Shown: piece after piece, positions 14,932 to 27,364 of the stretch
How the letters are laid out: every line of letters starts with the position of its first letter
How positions within the stretch are numbered: the stretch's first letter is position 1
Assembly (NCBI GenBank): GCA_017499595.2
Contig: CM038999.1
Coordinates: 2,418,001 to 2,482,000, forward strand
DNA length: 64,000 bases
Direction: 5' to 3'
Source: Psilocybe cubensis
Taxonomy: Eukaryota
Made by a program: the position numbers and the translations under genes
The notes under the pieces: model-generated
Databases searched by the model: none
What the model was told of the DNA's origin: nothing
Seen by the model: the letters and a program-made list of their open reading frames with translations, nothing else

Positions 14932-17003
14932 CTATGATATGTGTGAACCAATCCTATTCTTTTCCCATAACAATACTTCAAAGTCTTTCGATCGCAACAT
15001 ATCTTCCTTGTCAAGAATGTCTTCGTCGGCCAGTTCTTTTTTCACTTGTTCCTCGTCGATGGATTCCGACAATAAATCGTCATCGGGGTAAAACTGTTGA
15101 TAATGAGGTAATGAACACCACTGCAAGGATTGGGGAAGAATAAACCCTGCAGGCTGTGCTGGGTCTGAGGGAATATTTAGTTGTTCATCTCCGGAAAGAT
15201 CTCCGTCAGGGTATGAGCGGTTTTTCGAGCGAAGCTTTGTCTCCTTCAATAGTTTCGTGAAATACTGCTCTTTGCTGATATTAGCCAACCCAATGGAGGC
15301 CAGACACTCCGCTACGTTTTCATGATTGATCTATATTGATCGGTGAGCAGGCCGATAGACAGGCTTCAAAACAGAACATTTCATACCTCATCACGGTCAT
15401 ATTTCCAAACCCTCAGTGAACGTTTCATGCGAATCTCTTGTTCCTTGGTGATGATAGCATGACGGATAAGTTCGGACACAAATTCCTTTGTGATATTGAC
15501 CATGAGTTGTATGCTTTGTGTTGAAATAGAAACGTCGTCCAATTTCCTCGGAGATTTGTTGAGCGAGGCGAAGAGGCTAAAATAGGTGAAGCAGTTGTAT
15601 GAGGTGGTCGCATGATAATCGATTCATTACATACCGTAGTAATCTCCCCAAGGTTGACAGATTAAAAAAGTTTAAGTCGATTCTGGAGAAAGCCTGACCA
15701 TCCATGTTGCTTTCTTGGAAGAATTCTTTGACCCGGTAAGGTTTTGTAGCGCCGCCCAGACCCTGCTTTTCATTGATTAAATCTTCGTCTGCGTCAGCCT
15801 CCTCTGAAGATAATTGCGTGGGTTCTTTCAACGCCTCGGGCATGGGTAAAGGTTCGTCGTCATCGTGTTCCCTGTCAGGGCCTTCAATGGATCCATCTTT
15901 ACTCTGCCCTTTTTGCCGAACATTGGATAGTTTTGCACGTTTCCTGGGCCGACCCGGACGCAACTTTCCATCTTCCATGATAATTGTTCTGCCAGTTTGT
16001 TCAGCTCGTTTACGCCGCATATATAGCCGTTTCCTGAGACGGCGACGTAGCAATGTTTGACGATAAAGTTCCTTTTCCACATCATCAGAAAGCTGGGGCA
16101 GAGCTATATGAGATATATACACGCTACATTGGGAAACAGAAGGTTACCATTGGCAACTGAGTTTCCATTGGTACATCGTCATGGTCGTCTGAATCACTGG
16201 GTTGTTCGCCTGCTCCTGCTGAATTATTAAGAACGGGCCTAAGGGACTGCAGTGTGCTCACTTGATGCAACTGATGCAGGGTCTTTTGAGGCAGAATCAA
16301 TCAGCGTGGACCCTGTCGCAAATTCAAGAGGGGGAAATTTTTGAAGGTCTTCATTTTCTGGTTCTGGTTCTGCTTCACGAATGACACTTTCAATCACTGT
16401 AAGGCATGTTGGGTCCAGATGGTTAAGATAACCATTTGCTTCCAACTCAAAACCGGCAGGTAGACTTTTGCGGATAGGTTCATTTGGACACGAACATTTT
16501 GCTCGATTCTGATTATTATCGACGCCTTTTGCGCCAAAGCTCCAGGAACATCGATCAGAGGTAGCCAACTCCTGTGCCATAATTTCTTCATGTTCGATCC
16601 ACCGTTCAGAAACCTCCATAGCGGGGTCTAACGACATTCTAGTAGGTATTTCAGGACTGTGTTGCAAAGAAGCTGTATGAAGAGCATCCAAGTAAACGCA
16701 GACATCTAAGGTGTTCTTGGTCTTGATATGTTCCGCAATCAGATCGGGACGGAGACGAGAGAAGACAGAAAGCCCATGGAAGAAAAGATCTTTTTCCGAC
16801 GCAGTCCAAAATGACGCAGGTGGAAAGAAAGATGGCAACAATGGTTCCTCAGAGTCCTGGCTGCCATTTAGGTGAGCACGAATATTTTCCCTGTGAAGAT
16901 GAAAAAATTTAGCATAGCCATGTTCAGGTTGCTTTGGATTGCTAGTCATGGAGGATGAGGCATTTCTTACGGGGTTAAGAGCCCAGTGGGTTTCCAGGTT
17001 CAT
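14932..17003 (-). CDS. RRN5: SANT/Myb-like protein, probable Rrn5 (Pol I upstream activating factor subunit)
   Basis: FWTASEKDLFFHGLSVFSRLRPDLIAEHIKTKNTLDVCVYL is a SANT-like motif, followed by PAMEVSERWIEHEE. Basic RRRLRKRLYMRRKR segment. Start could be 17003 or 16949. Confidence 0.6.
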
Positions 17004-17088
17004 TTTATCGTATATTGTTAATTACGTAATATGATACCATAAGTGTACATATCTAAGTAACCCTATCCAAAAATTATATCATGAGTAG

Positions 17089-17119
17089 CAGGCAAGCATT
17101 GAAAACCAATGCTTGCCTG
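17089..17119. repeat. Perfect 13-bp inverted repeat (hairpin, 5-nt loop)
   Basis: CAGGCAAGCATTG-aaaac-CAATGCTTGCCTG. Confidence 0.85.
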
Positions 17120-17146
17120 TGATAGATATCCTTGGGTCAGCAGTGA

Positions 17147-20012
17147 CTAGAGGTTTGCCAGTGCTTCCCGTCCAGCTTTCCCATTCCCACCTCGACGCCG
17201 CAATTCCCAATGGCTCCTTGCGATTTTTCGGAGCTCGCCTTTCAGGATCTTTCCTGAAGGGGTACGCTCTGAAAATAACCTATTAGAGGGTGAGCTGAAG
17301 ATGCGTCGTCGAGACTCACCAAATGTTGTATCTAAAATGATTATCATAACGGGTACAGCAAACTTGGGGAGGCTGAGTGCGACACATATCAGCTCCGTTT
17401 CGGATAGTACAAACCACAACATTGACGAACCGGGTTTTTGCGTGTGCTATAAGTGTATCCTCCGTGATTTGACCCTGGAATTCAGGCCTGATGGACACGA
17501 TTGCGGCTACTAGTTCTCCAAGGCGTTCGTCTGGTACTCCAACCGCGGCAGCCTCTAATATCCGAGGATCATCATACAACGCATTTTCCACAGTCACGGA
17601 ATCCTTGAACAGCTAGGTAAAAGTATCTACAGCTTGAACAAATATCACTTACAACATTCTCTCCACCGCGGATGATAATGTCTTTGACTTGTTTTTAGAA
17701 CGTAAAAGCAAGCAAAAATTAGTGGCATATTATTAGGAAAGGCATGAGACTCACTTCTGTCCTTTATATAAAGGAAACCTTCCTCGTCGAGGTAGCCCAC
17801 GTCGCCTGTTTTAAGCCAGCCGTCTTGAGTTATTAACGCATTTGTGGCTTCTATTGCCAGAGTTAAAAAAACTGTCTCAATAGACCTGCTGACTGGGCAT
17901 GAGACTTACCTGGGTCACGCCAGTAGCATTTCATGACGTTGGGACCGCGCCTGTGGAAGAATTGAATTTTATGGGTCGGGAATATACTATGTGTACTCAC
18001 AACCAAACTTCGCCAGCAACACCAGCAGGGACGCATTTATTTTCGCTAACTATCTGGATTTCGTTAACAGGAGACGCACGGCCACTTTGGGAATGTTAAC
18101 CTGAATACATTAATGAAACAATCGACATGACTTACGTGCTGCTAGGACGGGCAACATAGTCTTCTCCTGCAAGCTAGAGTTATAAATTAGCGAGCAGATT
18201 ATGGAATCGACGTGCGACAATTACAGAGACAGCGATAGAATTCGTCTCTGTCAATCCGTAACCTTGTATCCTGTGCGTATGGTTTCAAAAAAAGTCATAT
18301 GAGATCCGATTCGCACCCACATGGTCGCAGTGGGAAAGGCTTTGTTTGCTCTCAGAACGAGCGTCGCGGGAGCCGGTGCACCTCCGAATAGAAGGCCTTC
18401 TAGAGGATGCCCAACCAAAGAACTTAGAGTGAGGTCGGTGACCATTGATGGCACACTAAAATATTTGATCAGGTAACTGTACATTTTTTAAAAACGGACA
18501 ACGACCTCACCCGCCAGCCACGGAAACATTCTCGCTTTTGATCAACCTGAGAAATTGTTGAACTCGAGCAACATTGATTAATACGAATACTTTATCGTAC
18601 CGTACAGCTGGTAATATGATCAGAATATATAAAAGCATCACATTACGGATAAATCTTACCTTCTTCAACGTCCCATTTCCGAGTCAATATTATTTTCATC
18701 CCTGTCATTGTTGCCATCATCTATAACAAAACAAAAAGATCGAGCGGCGTATCTAGTCAAGGAAGAATTCACTAACTGAGAAACTCGTTGAGCCAGTGAC
18801 ATGGAACAGTGGAACAGTGACGAGCGTCCCCTTTTGCGGAACCGTTCTTTGTACTTTTGGCGTGTCTTCCCCTCTTCTTATGCTCGCGCGAAACCCACCG
18901 ACAAGGACCTAAAACACGTGCATATAATTAGTGCATACTAGCAAGCACCGGAAACCACTGGAGATGCAACATACATTATAAACATTTGTCAAAAACTGTC
19001 GCTGTGTGCTAAGCACGCCTTTGGGAAGCCCAGTTGTACCTGTCAATCCCCAATAACCAAATCAATACATAGAAGATCCACTAAACCATGTCAATTACCC
19101 GAGGTAAAAATTAAAGTTGCATTATCCTCAGGAAGAACCACGATTGGAGTATCGACGACCCCTGCCCCATCCACACGGTAGTCGTTTAGGCTGTCGCCGA
19201 AGGATCTTATGCCTTCCCAAACTCTATTGTTATGTTCTTTGAAGTCGAATACAAGGAATGAGACAGGTTCTGAAGCCGTGTGTTGAATTTTTTGAATGGT
19301 GGAATGCATCAAGTCGGCTCTTTCTGGATCGAAGATGACGAGTTTGCATTGGGTATTAACCAAACAATGCAGCAAGGGCTCTTGGGGCAGCCAGCTAATT
19401 ATGAGCTCAGTTAGAGTGGCGTGTATGCGCCTGTAGATCAAAGAGCCTACGCATTGACTAGCACAGACACCGCTCCGATAAGGTCTGCAATGCAAATCCA
19501 ATCAGTTAGATCGTTTGGATGAAGAAGACGAAACCTACGGCACGCCCAGAAGGCAACGAGATAGTCGGGACAGTTACGCGAGCAAATGCCTACCCTGTCG
19601 CCTGCAATCAAAAGGAAAAGACTGCTGTTAAGCTCAAAAAGAAGAAAGACAAGAGGAGAGGAAGACTGACCTTTTTTAATTCCAAAGACATCCCTAAAGA
19701 CCCCCGCCGCCCGAACCGCACGGGCATGTACCTGGGAGTATGTCAAGCGCTGATCTTCATATACGACATACGTGTCGTCTGAATACTGAGAGACAGCGGA
19801 AAGCCAAAATTCACGCAGGGAAGGCCAGAGGTTTTTGTAGACGCGCTGAAGTCTTCCATCGACGAAAACAGTCTCAACTTCATGAACGGTGCCTGGGGCA
19901 GTAAGGAGAGACTCGGCTAAGAGAAGTACGCGCCGTCAGCGAAAATAAGAAAAAGCGGTATGACAGAAAGGTAGATACATTCGGCCAACGACCGCAGTGG
20001 TTTCCAAGACAT
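17147..20012 (-). CDS. AMP-dependent acyl-CoA synthetase/ligase (ANL superfamily), many introns, PTS1-like end
   Basis: [13 protein letters not shown]-loop, [52 protein letters not shown]. Starts [11 protein letters not shown] and ends ALANL*. Confidence 0.9.
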
Positions 20013-20817
20013 TTTGTGTTCTAGTGGAATGAAAGAGAACCGTGGTCGAGAAAATTAGGGTTGATGGAGGTGCTTTTATGGATATAGACGAGAGCATAAG
20101 GAGAATAGTGTCACCACACGGAACACCCCACTATCACGGTCAGGGATAGGAAGAAATGTAATGATCTTCAATCTGTCGTTATCCGCGGAGTTGCTGCTTC
20201 CCTCGGACCAGCAGCGATGATTGCCTTATAGAGTCGGTTTAACCGATGCCCCTTCAAAAATAGGGCAAGAGATCCAAGCAGTGTACAAGCTAGAGAGAAC
20301 GACCAAGGGAAAAGACACGAGCTGATAGACCCATATTGACAACAGTTGTTCACGTCAATGGTGGTATGTATGGCCATTCGATAAGCCATTAGCTAACATC
20401 AATCACAATCTCCGGGGTATCCGAGGACAGTCCACATTTCATCAAGAACTATAGCACATTAAACACATATTTCATTTCGGGACCGAACCGCGCGACCAGA
20501 GCAGCGCCATACACCTCCCTGGACCATTTGTCTACAAGAGGTCTCTTGGTGAGACTATCCATCACAATACACCTCATTAATATACTCACGCGTTTCCCGA
20601 ATGCTCGTCACCACATCCGTGTTATACATAGCAAGGAACCGACATCTCCGGCCAAGCGGTACAGAACAGACGTCGCGGAATAGAGGCTTCAACCACTGAC
20701 AACTTGGCAGGCGAGCCAACTCTCTTTTCTATTTGCTCTTGTTATTTATCAACACCGTCGCTCTCCCTTGGTCCTTTGCCAGTTTACGCGCGCTTACTCT
20801 ACTTTGTGCTCTCCAAA

Positions 20818-22296
20818 ATGCAGTCCAACGAAGATCTGGAACCCACTGTCCGTATTCGCGAACTCAAAAAGGACCGCGTCAACTTTGTGCTAGGAAATGT
20901 TGACTTGGCGTGAGCTCATCAAGCCCAGTTGCTCTTCTCTGCTGAATTTACATTACTGTTAAAGATTCGCCAACTCTCTAAGACGAGTTATGATGGCAGA
21001 CATTCCTACAGTCGGTCAGTGTTTTGAGACGTCGGACCCATGCCACTCACCAAATGTTCTTCCCAGCCATTGATATGGTCGAAATCGAAACCAATACCAC
21101 AGTTCTGCCCGACGAGTTTATTGCCCATCGGTTGGGAATGATACCTCTTATAAGCACCAACTGTGATGAAGCTATGCGATACACTCGGGTAAGTTGATCT
21201 CTGCTGATTATTCCTGCCCCACATACCACTTAAAATATACCCAGGATTGTACATGCATAGCCGGATGTTCCTTTTGTTCTCTGATGCTGGTTTTAAACGT
21301 TGCCTGCCACGACGACAATACAATGAACGTGACAAGCAACCACCTCGAAGTCATCCCATACCCTCATACGGATATCGAAGGAATGATACCTCAGCAAGAT
21401 GATGTCGGCGAAGAATTGTCGAAGCGTGGGGAATTCTTTGGGTATCCGGTCGGAAAAAGTAATGACACCAAGTGCTAGCGAAACGCGGACAGGGACTAAC
21501 CCACTGCCATCTTGATAGATGAACCAGGGCGGGCACCGGTGCTTATTACCAAAATTCGAAAGGGGCAAGAGTTGAAGATACGGTGTACGGCCAAAAAGGC
21601 ATGTGTCGTATCGTTCAGTTTGATTTTACTCTTTAGTTAACAAACCTTATCTAGGGTATCGCAAAAGAACACGCCAAGTTTTCCCCATGTTCAGCCGTCT
21701 CATTCGAATACGACCCGTACAATAAATTACGACATACAACGTATTGGTACGAGACGGATATCAAGGGAGAGTGGCCTTTGAGTGAAAATGCGAAAGAAGA
21801 AGAAGCACCAAGGGACGACGAACCCTTTGATTTCAATGCGAAACCCAACAAATTCTACTTTGAGGTTGAGACTGACGGCAGCCTTGGACCACAAGAAGTT
21901 GTAATGAAGGTAAAAATATTTTTGATGTATTTTAATTTCCAGCCATTAATCTCCGTTTATTCCAAGGGTCTGGCAGAACTTCAGACAAAGCTAGCCAACC
22001 TCATTCTGGGTCTGAAAAGTGGACCTGAGCACGATATGGTTGCCAATGACGTTACAGTTAACGGGCATGGGCCGGCGATCGACAATCCATGGACAGGCGG
22101 GGCGACTTGGACTTCACCGGCCAATACTTCAGCGACAACAGGATGGGGCGGATCGACGAGTCCATCACGCGGGGGAGGAGCGTCCAGCTCATGGAGCAGT
22201 CAGCCTACTCCGAGTGGTGGTGGTGGCGGTTGGGGGACTGGTGCGAACGCTGGATGGGGCAGTCCAGAGCGGCGCTCGAATGGTTGGAACGTCTAA
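20818..22296 (+). CDS. RPB3: RNA polymerase II subunit Rpb3 with Gly/Ser/Trp-rich C-terminal tail
   Basis: [50 protein letters not shown], Zn site [43 protein letters not shown]. Confidence 0.95.
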
Positions 22297-22544
22297 TACT
22301 CTATGTTTTGTATTTATTCAAAAAAGTAGTAATAGAAAGACATTATAAAAGCAAAAACAGAGAGATCTGGGTATATAAATAGTATAGTAATAATCTTGCT
22401 CAGCAAGAATGTCAATTTCTTTCCCCCGAGCCGATCTTGATCAAGTCTAGTTCAGGGAATGTATGTATACAGTTAATAAGCGGTCAGTATTCCAAAGTCT
22501 CCATTTGCCAAAGCAGAAAAGAAGCCCGAGCCAGAATCAGCGAA

Positions 22545-25500
22545 TCAGCGAGGTCTCATCTCAAAGACATCAGCCGGGTGTGGAGGACCGGAAGGCTGCA
22601 GATTTCTGGAAGCAGATGGTGGTTGTGATGCAGTGGTAGTCGCTGCGCCCCTCTGTCTCGCGCTATCCCCGAAAACAGAGTCCTGCGACATCTCTCGTCG
22701 CGGGTACAGCTGTATAGAAAAACACATCAGATTTAAGAATGAGAATGAAGAGGGGAACACTCACATCTGCCGAGTCCCCAAATACACTATCGGTATTATC
22801 AACTAAGGAGAAAAAAAATCAAACAACAACCATCAAAGGGAAATATGGTGTAATAAACTCACGAATCGCCGTGTTTTTATCGCTCAATTGCCATCCGCCC
22901 AAAGGGGGCATTTGCTCCAGATTAGCCTGTGGCATCTGTGGAGCAGTACCAGCAGCATTTTTACGGTCGTTGGCTTGAATAGTTTCCCAAGGGACTTTGG
23001 TGTATCGAGTGACACCAGGTGGCGGGTTGGGATCTCCGCTCGGCCCATAGATCTTGAGTTCGCCCAAACTGGCTTTAAGAGCGCATATCCATTTGTTTCG
23101 ACGTTTTGCTGTAAAGAAGGGGGAGCAGATTTTAAAAACTGACGTAAGATTTAAATATATTAGAGCAGAAAAACGACTGACATTTCAACGCAGCTTGCTG
23201 TCCGTTGCTCTTGTATTTGATGTCAGCAGATAAAGTCATTCGACCTTGATCAGGGAAGTCTGGACAAACAACGTAAAAAATCGAGTCCTACAAACGCGGA
23301 AAAAGCGCACCTTTGACTTTGACATCAAACACTGACTGGTAGTCCCTTCGCTCCGCTGTGACGAAAGCCAACATTTTCTCGCGCAGTCGTTCTAAATCTT
23401 CAAACGAAGTCGAGTACGCAACATCAAACGTAAATGTCTCCGACATCTACATTTCTTTTCAGATGCTTGCAATACAATACACAGCAAAGGGCGTTACCTG
23501 AGGGCTACGACGGATATTTTGGATAAACTAGAACCCACAGTAAATCAGCCACGGGTCAGGAACATAATAGAAATAGATTCGTACCAATGTATTCAGCTGA
23601 TTGTTAGGGGCCTGTACCAATCCCGAATTTGAATCCAGGAAAACGGTGGAGAGCAGACGGATCTCTTTGACTGTATACGTCTCCTTATTGAGAACGACCC
23701 GATCGCCCACATCGAAGGGGTGCTTTATGAAGAGGAAAATGATACTCGTCAACACCTCTTGCAAACTTCCACCAATTAGCCAGCTCAATCCGAGAATCAG
23801 CGTCCCGGCTGATGTTACGAGAGTGACCAATTGTGCTTCCTATAATATAATTTAGAGCCTTGCAGAAGTGAAGAAGACCTTTGCCGCACCAGGCCAACGG
23901 CGATGATCAATCCTGCGATAATGACATAGACCGTCATCAAGATATTATCCAAGCGACCAACGGCACTATCAAGGTCCCGCATCGAATTCTCGATCGATAA
24001 TTGCTCGCGGTGAAATTCACTGCAATGAAAGTTAAGTAAATAGCAATGCACAGGAAAAAAACCCACAGGCAGGCCATTTCGATTTCTTCTCTAGACACAT
24101 CCCCATTTCCGTCCTTGTCAAACAGTGCAAATGCCGCATCCGCATCTTCCTTGGTAGGAAAGAACCGCTGAATATCTTCAACAAGCAAATACTCCGCGTC
24201 TTTTTTAGCAAAAGAGTAATAAAGCCGACGAGCAAGCTAACGTCATTCAATAACCAGAAAATAGCAACAAAGCCGAGACGCGTACCAAACGCGATTTGTT
24301 GGCAGATTCTAGCACAGTCTTGATGATCGCCTGAGGAGAATTCGGCTGGAGGACAGAACTATCCCGGGATTAAATATAACATTGGTCCAGGACCGCGACA
24401 CCACGCACCTTCCAGCAATCTCTGAGGCGACGTTTCCAAACGCGGTGGCTGTGGTGGTCGTGGCGAACCTGACGCCCTCCCTGAACTTGCGGAAGAGACG
24501 CTTGGGATTGACGCTGACTTCGCGCGTGTGTCCCCGGCCAAGCGTATCCGAACGACCAGGAATCTCTGACGAGTTGCGGTATAGCGTGACGAGCGTGCGG
24601 ACGGCAAACTTTTGCTCCTGGATGCGGTCTATTGCAAGATGAGAGGAATCAACGCACCGAGGAAAGAAAGCTGCTCACCGGCGTAGGACCGTTCGTGGAA
24701 TTTGGCTGCGATCCACTGGATGGAAAACTTTTCAAAGAGGAGGAGGGCGGTGCAGAGGAGGAACGAGAATAAGAGTTTTGCCATGAGACTGACGGCGGCG
24801 ACGCTCCTGGAGGGGACGCCATTGACTTCTGCCTCGCCGAGGTTGGCAAGTGTGGTGTTGGTGATGACGACGGTGTCCGTGCGACCGTCCTGATGTGAGA
24901 TGATGAGAGGGCTAAAAGAGGCCCAGAGGGCAACAGTCCATGCAAAGAGCGCGATATATCTGGCGCATGGTCAGTCGGGGTAAGAAAAAGTGTTGGTTGA
25001 TGTACCGATGGAGAGCCTGCAGCCAGTCGATGTAGCGGCGCGAGCTGACGGCTACGACGCCGACAGTCGCTCTGATAAAATAAGGTGCGATGCGTCTATG
25101 GTGACGGTAAGCGCGTTGAAATTAAAACACGTTCGTGAAATACTTGCGCAACAGCAAGGGCAGCCCAGTACCCTACACAAAATCAGTTTACATTGAGCGG
25201 GTTATTTTAGACACACACGCACCTCCCCATAGCACACTCAACCAGATACTCCACCAGATCAACTTGACACCCCAAACCTAGATACCTTTCAACAACTGCA
25301 GAAAGACGAAACCAGAGGACGGACCTTGGCATTTGGGAAAGAGGTGAGGTTGAGTATGCCCGGGATCCAGATGATACCGAGGATGGGAACGATGAAGAGT
25401 ATCCAGCGGGTGACGATGGAGGCACTGACCAAGTAAGAGTATACCCTGCCGACCTGGTAGATGCATTGAGGATTTTTTGTTGAACGGGTAATGGTGTTTC

Positions 25501-25664
25501 TTTACCTTTGTGACAGGAACTTGGCCATCCGGTAGCCTTAAATCACTCTGGCTCAGACCGGACTGGCCGCCTCCGAGTTCGAGATAATCACCTTGCTGCC
25601 TTGCCTTTGGACTGTTTCCAGAGCTGGGGAGACCTGCACGCTCTGGATCGTGTGGATAGGACAT
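22545..25664 (-). CDS. MscS-like mechanosensitive channel (Msy1/2-type) with EF-hand
   Basis: EF-hand [17 protein letters not shown]. MscS core [14 protein letters not shown]...[11 protein letters not shown]...VQAPNNQL. N-terminal TM segments. Confidence 0.9.
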
Positions 25665-25742
25665 GTTGGATTGAAAAGTGAGATTGTGATGGTGTGACAA
25701 TAGCCACGGTAACAAATGTTATTGGTAACTATACTACAAATG

Positions 25743-26861
25743 CTATGGAGGTGATACAGGAGGAGGGAGAGACTTTCGTTTTGGTTTAAAGATGAGGACA
25801 ATGATTAAACCAAAGATGATGAGGAGAAGTAGAAAGATGCACTTGCGCCTGCCAGTGTTTTTCTGGTAGCGAGTTGCGTGATTGAGAATTTCGACAGCGT
25901 CTTCCATGTGGACGGCTGTCTGTTCAATGTTGTACTCTACCGAGTCTAGGAGGGTGCCCTGATCTATTACGAGGACGGAAAGGTCTTTGAAGAGTTCTGC
26001 GAGAGAAGCTATAGATTTTGCGATTTCGGCGAGTTCTCGATCGCGTGATTGGAGATGCTGTGTGGAAGGGTCTGCGTAGAGGAGAGTGGTATGTGACTAG
26101 AAAAGGGGGAAAGATTAGGAGCGGGGAAAAGAGAAAAAAAGGACATACGGCAGCCTGGATATCGTCATCGAGAGCAGACATGGCATCGGAAGCTTTGAGA
26201 GAAATGGCGCCGGAAGCAAGAAGGAGATCCTGGTTTTTGGTCGCATGACCCTGTAGTTCTGTTCGCGTGACGATTAGAAGAGAGACTAGAAAGGAAGGAG
26301 AGAGACGGACTGTCCATGTACACGCGCTGTTTCTTGCGAAAAGTAGCGGATAGATGCTGGACCTTTGCAGCGAGACCACGCTGTACGTTTTTGGCGGGGT
26401 TTGCCTCGTGGGATGGGGGAAAAGTGGTAGATATTCGCTGGATGAGGGAATGGCATGTGCGAAAGTCCTGTGACAGGGAATATGAGCAAGAAGAGAGAAA
26501 AGAAGGACAGGAAGGGACCTTTGTGATTTGAGTTGTGAGGGCGTCAATGTCGCGCTCCTCCTGGGAGCGATCAGCAAAGCTGGGAAGAATATGTTTTGCA
26601 TGAAGTTTGTCAAGTGCAGCGACTGGAGAGAGTGAGCAGAAGAGTAGGAGAAAAAGAGAGACGCGCACTGTTGGCAGTGGTGTCGGCGAGGAGGGCCTCT
26701 ACCTGGTCAGAGACATCTACCCATACAGGGGGCAGGTCAGAGGGAATATCGATGGCGGCGTGGTTGATGAGGCGTTGGTGTTCGTGACCATCGTGGTAGT
26801 CGCGACGGGCAGTGGACTCGCGGTAAGAAAGAAAGAGGCCGGTGCGTGAACGGGTGGACAT
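25743..26861 (-). CDS. TLG2: Qa-SNARE syntaxin Tlg2/syntaxin-16
   Basis: N-peptide MSTRSRTGLFLSYR, LPPVWVD, HILPSFADRSQEERDI, SNARE motif (ELFKDLSVLVIEQGTLLDSVEYNIE), C-terminal TM helix, stop TAG at 25743. Confidence 0.9.
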
Positions 26862-26954
26862 GTGTGACAGAGGGAGGCAAGAAGTGCGTGCCTTGTTTGG
26901 GCAAGGGGATGACAGATAAAGAGGGTGCAAAGAATGAACGGAATCCCCGCAATT

Positions 26955-27359
26955 ATGTGTCGGCTGAATACGTCAGTGATTGATTTGTATGTTGAAAGAG
27001 AGGATGCTGACGAAGATGCAGAGAAGGGACACAGTATGGCTGCGGCCACTACATTATTGCAAGTGTCTCTGCTATTCTACAGCGAGTTGTACTGACTGGA
27101 GAACTCAGACACGCAAGGTATCCAAGATTGACTGCATGAACAAGTACTGCATCAACTCGGTCCGCCATGCGCCCGACCCGTGTCCCCACTGTCCCCACTG
27201 CAAACGGGCGAGTCTCTTTCTCTCTCTTCTCTCTCTGTCTATCCTGACCCTGCCCAGTACTTTGAGCCCGATGCCAGCGAGACCATCACCGCCCGCTCCC
27301 CCGAGTACTGCCGCGAGTGCGAGTACTGGTTCAAGGGCCCCGGTGCCCGCCGCCGCTGA
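26955..27359 (+). CDS. Small 84-aa Cys/His-rich (putative Zn-binding) protein, 4 exons
   Basis: Exons 26955-26971, 27022-27058, 27109-27207 and 27258-27359. The three introns are each 50 nt with a CTGAC branch point. Product: MCRLNTEGTQYGCGHYIITRKVSKIDCMNKYCINSVRHAPDPCPHCPHCKRYFEPDASETITARSPEYCRECEYWFKGPGARRR*. Confidence 0.75.
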
Positions 27360-27364
27360 CTCTT

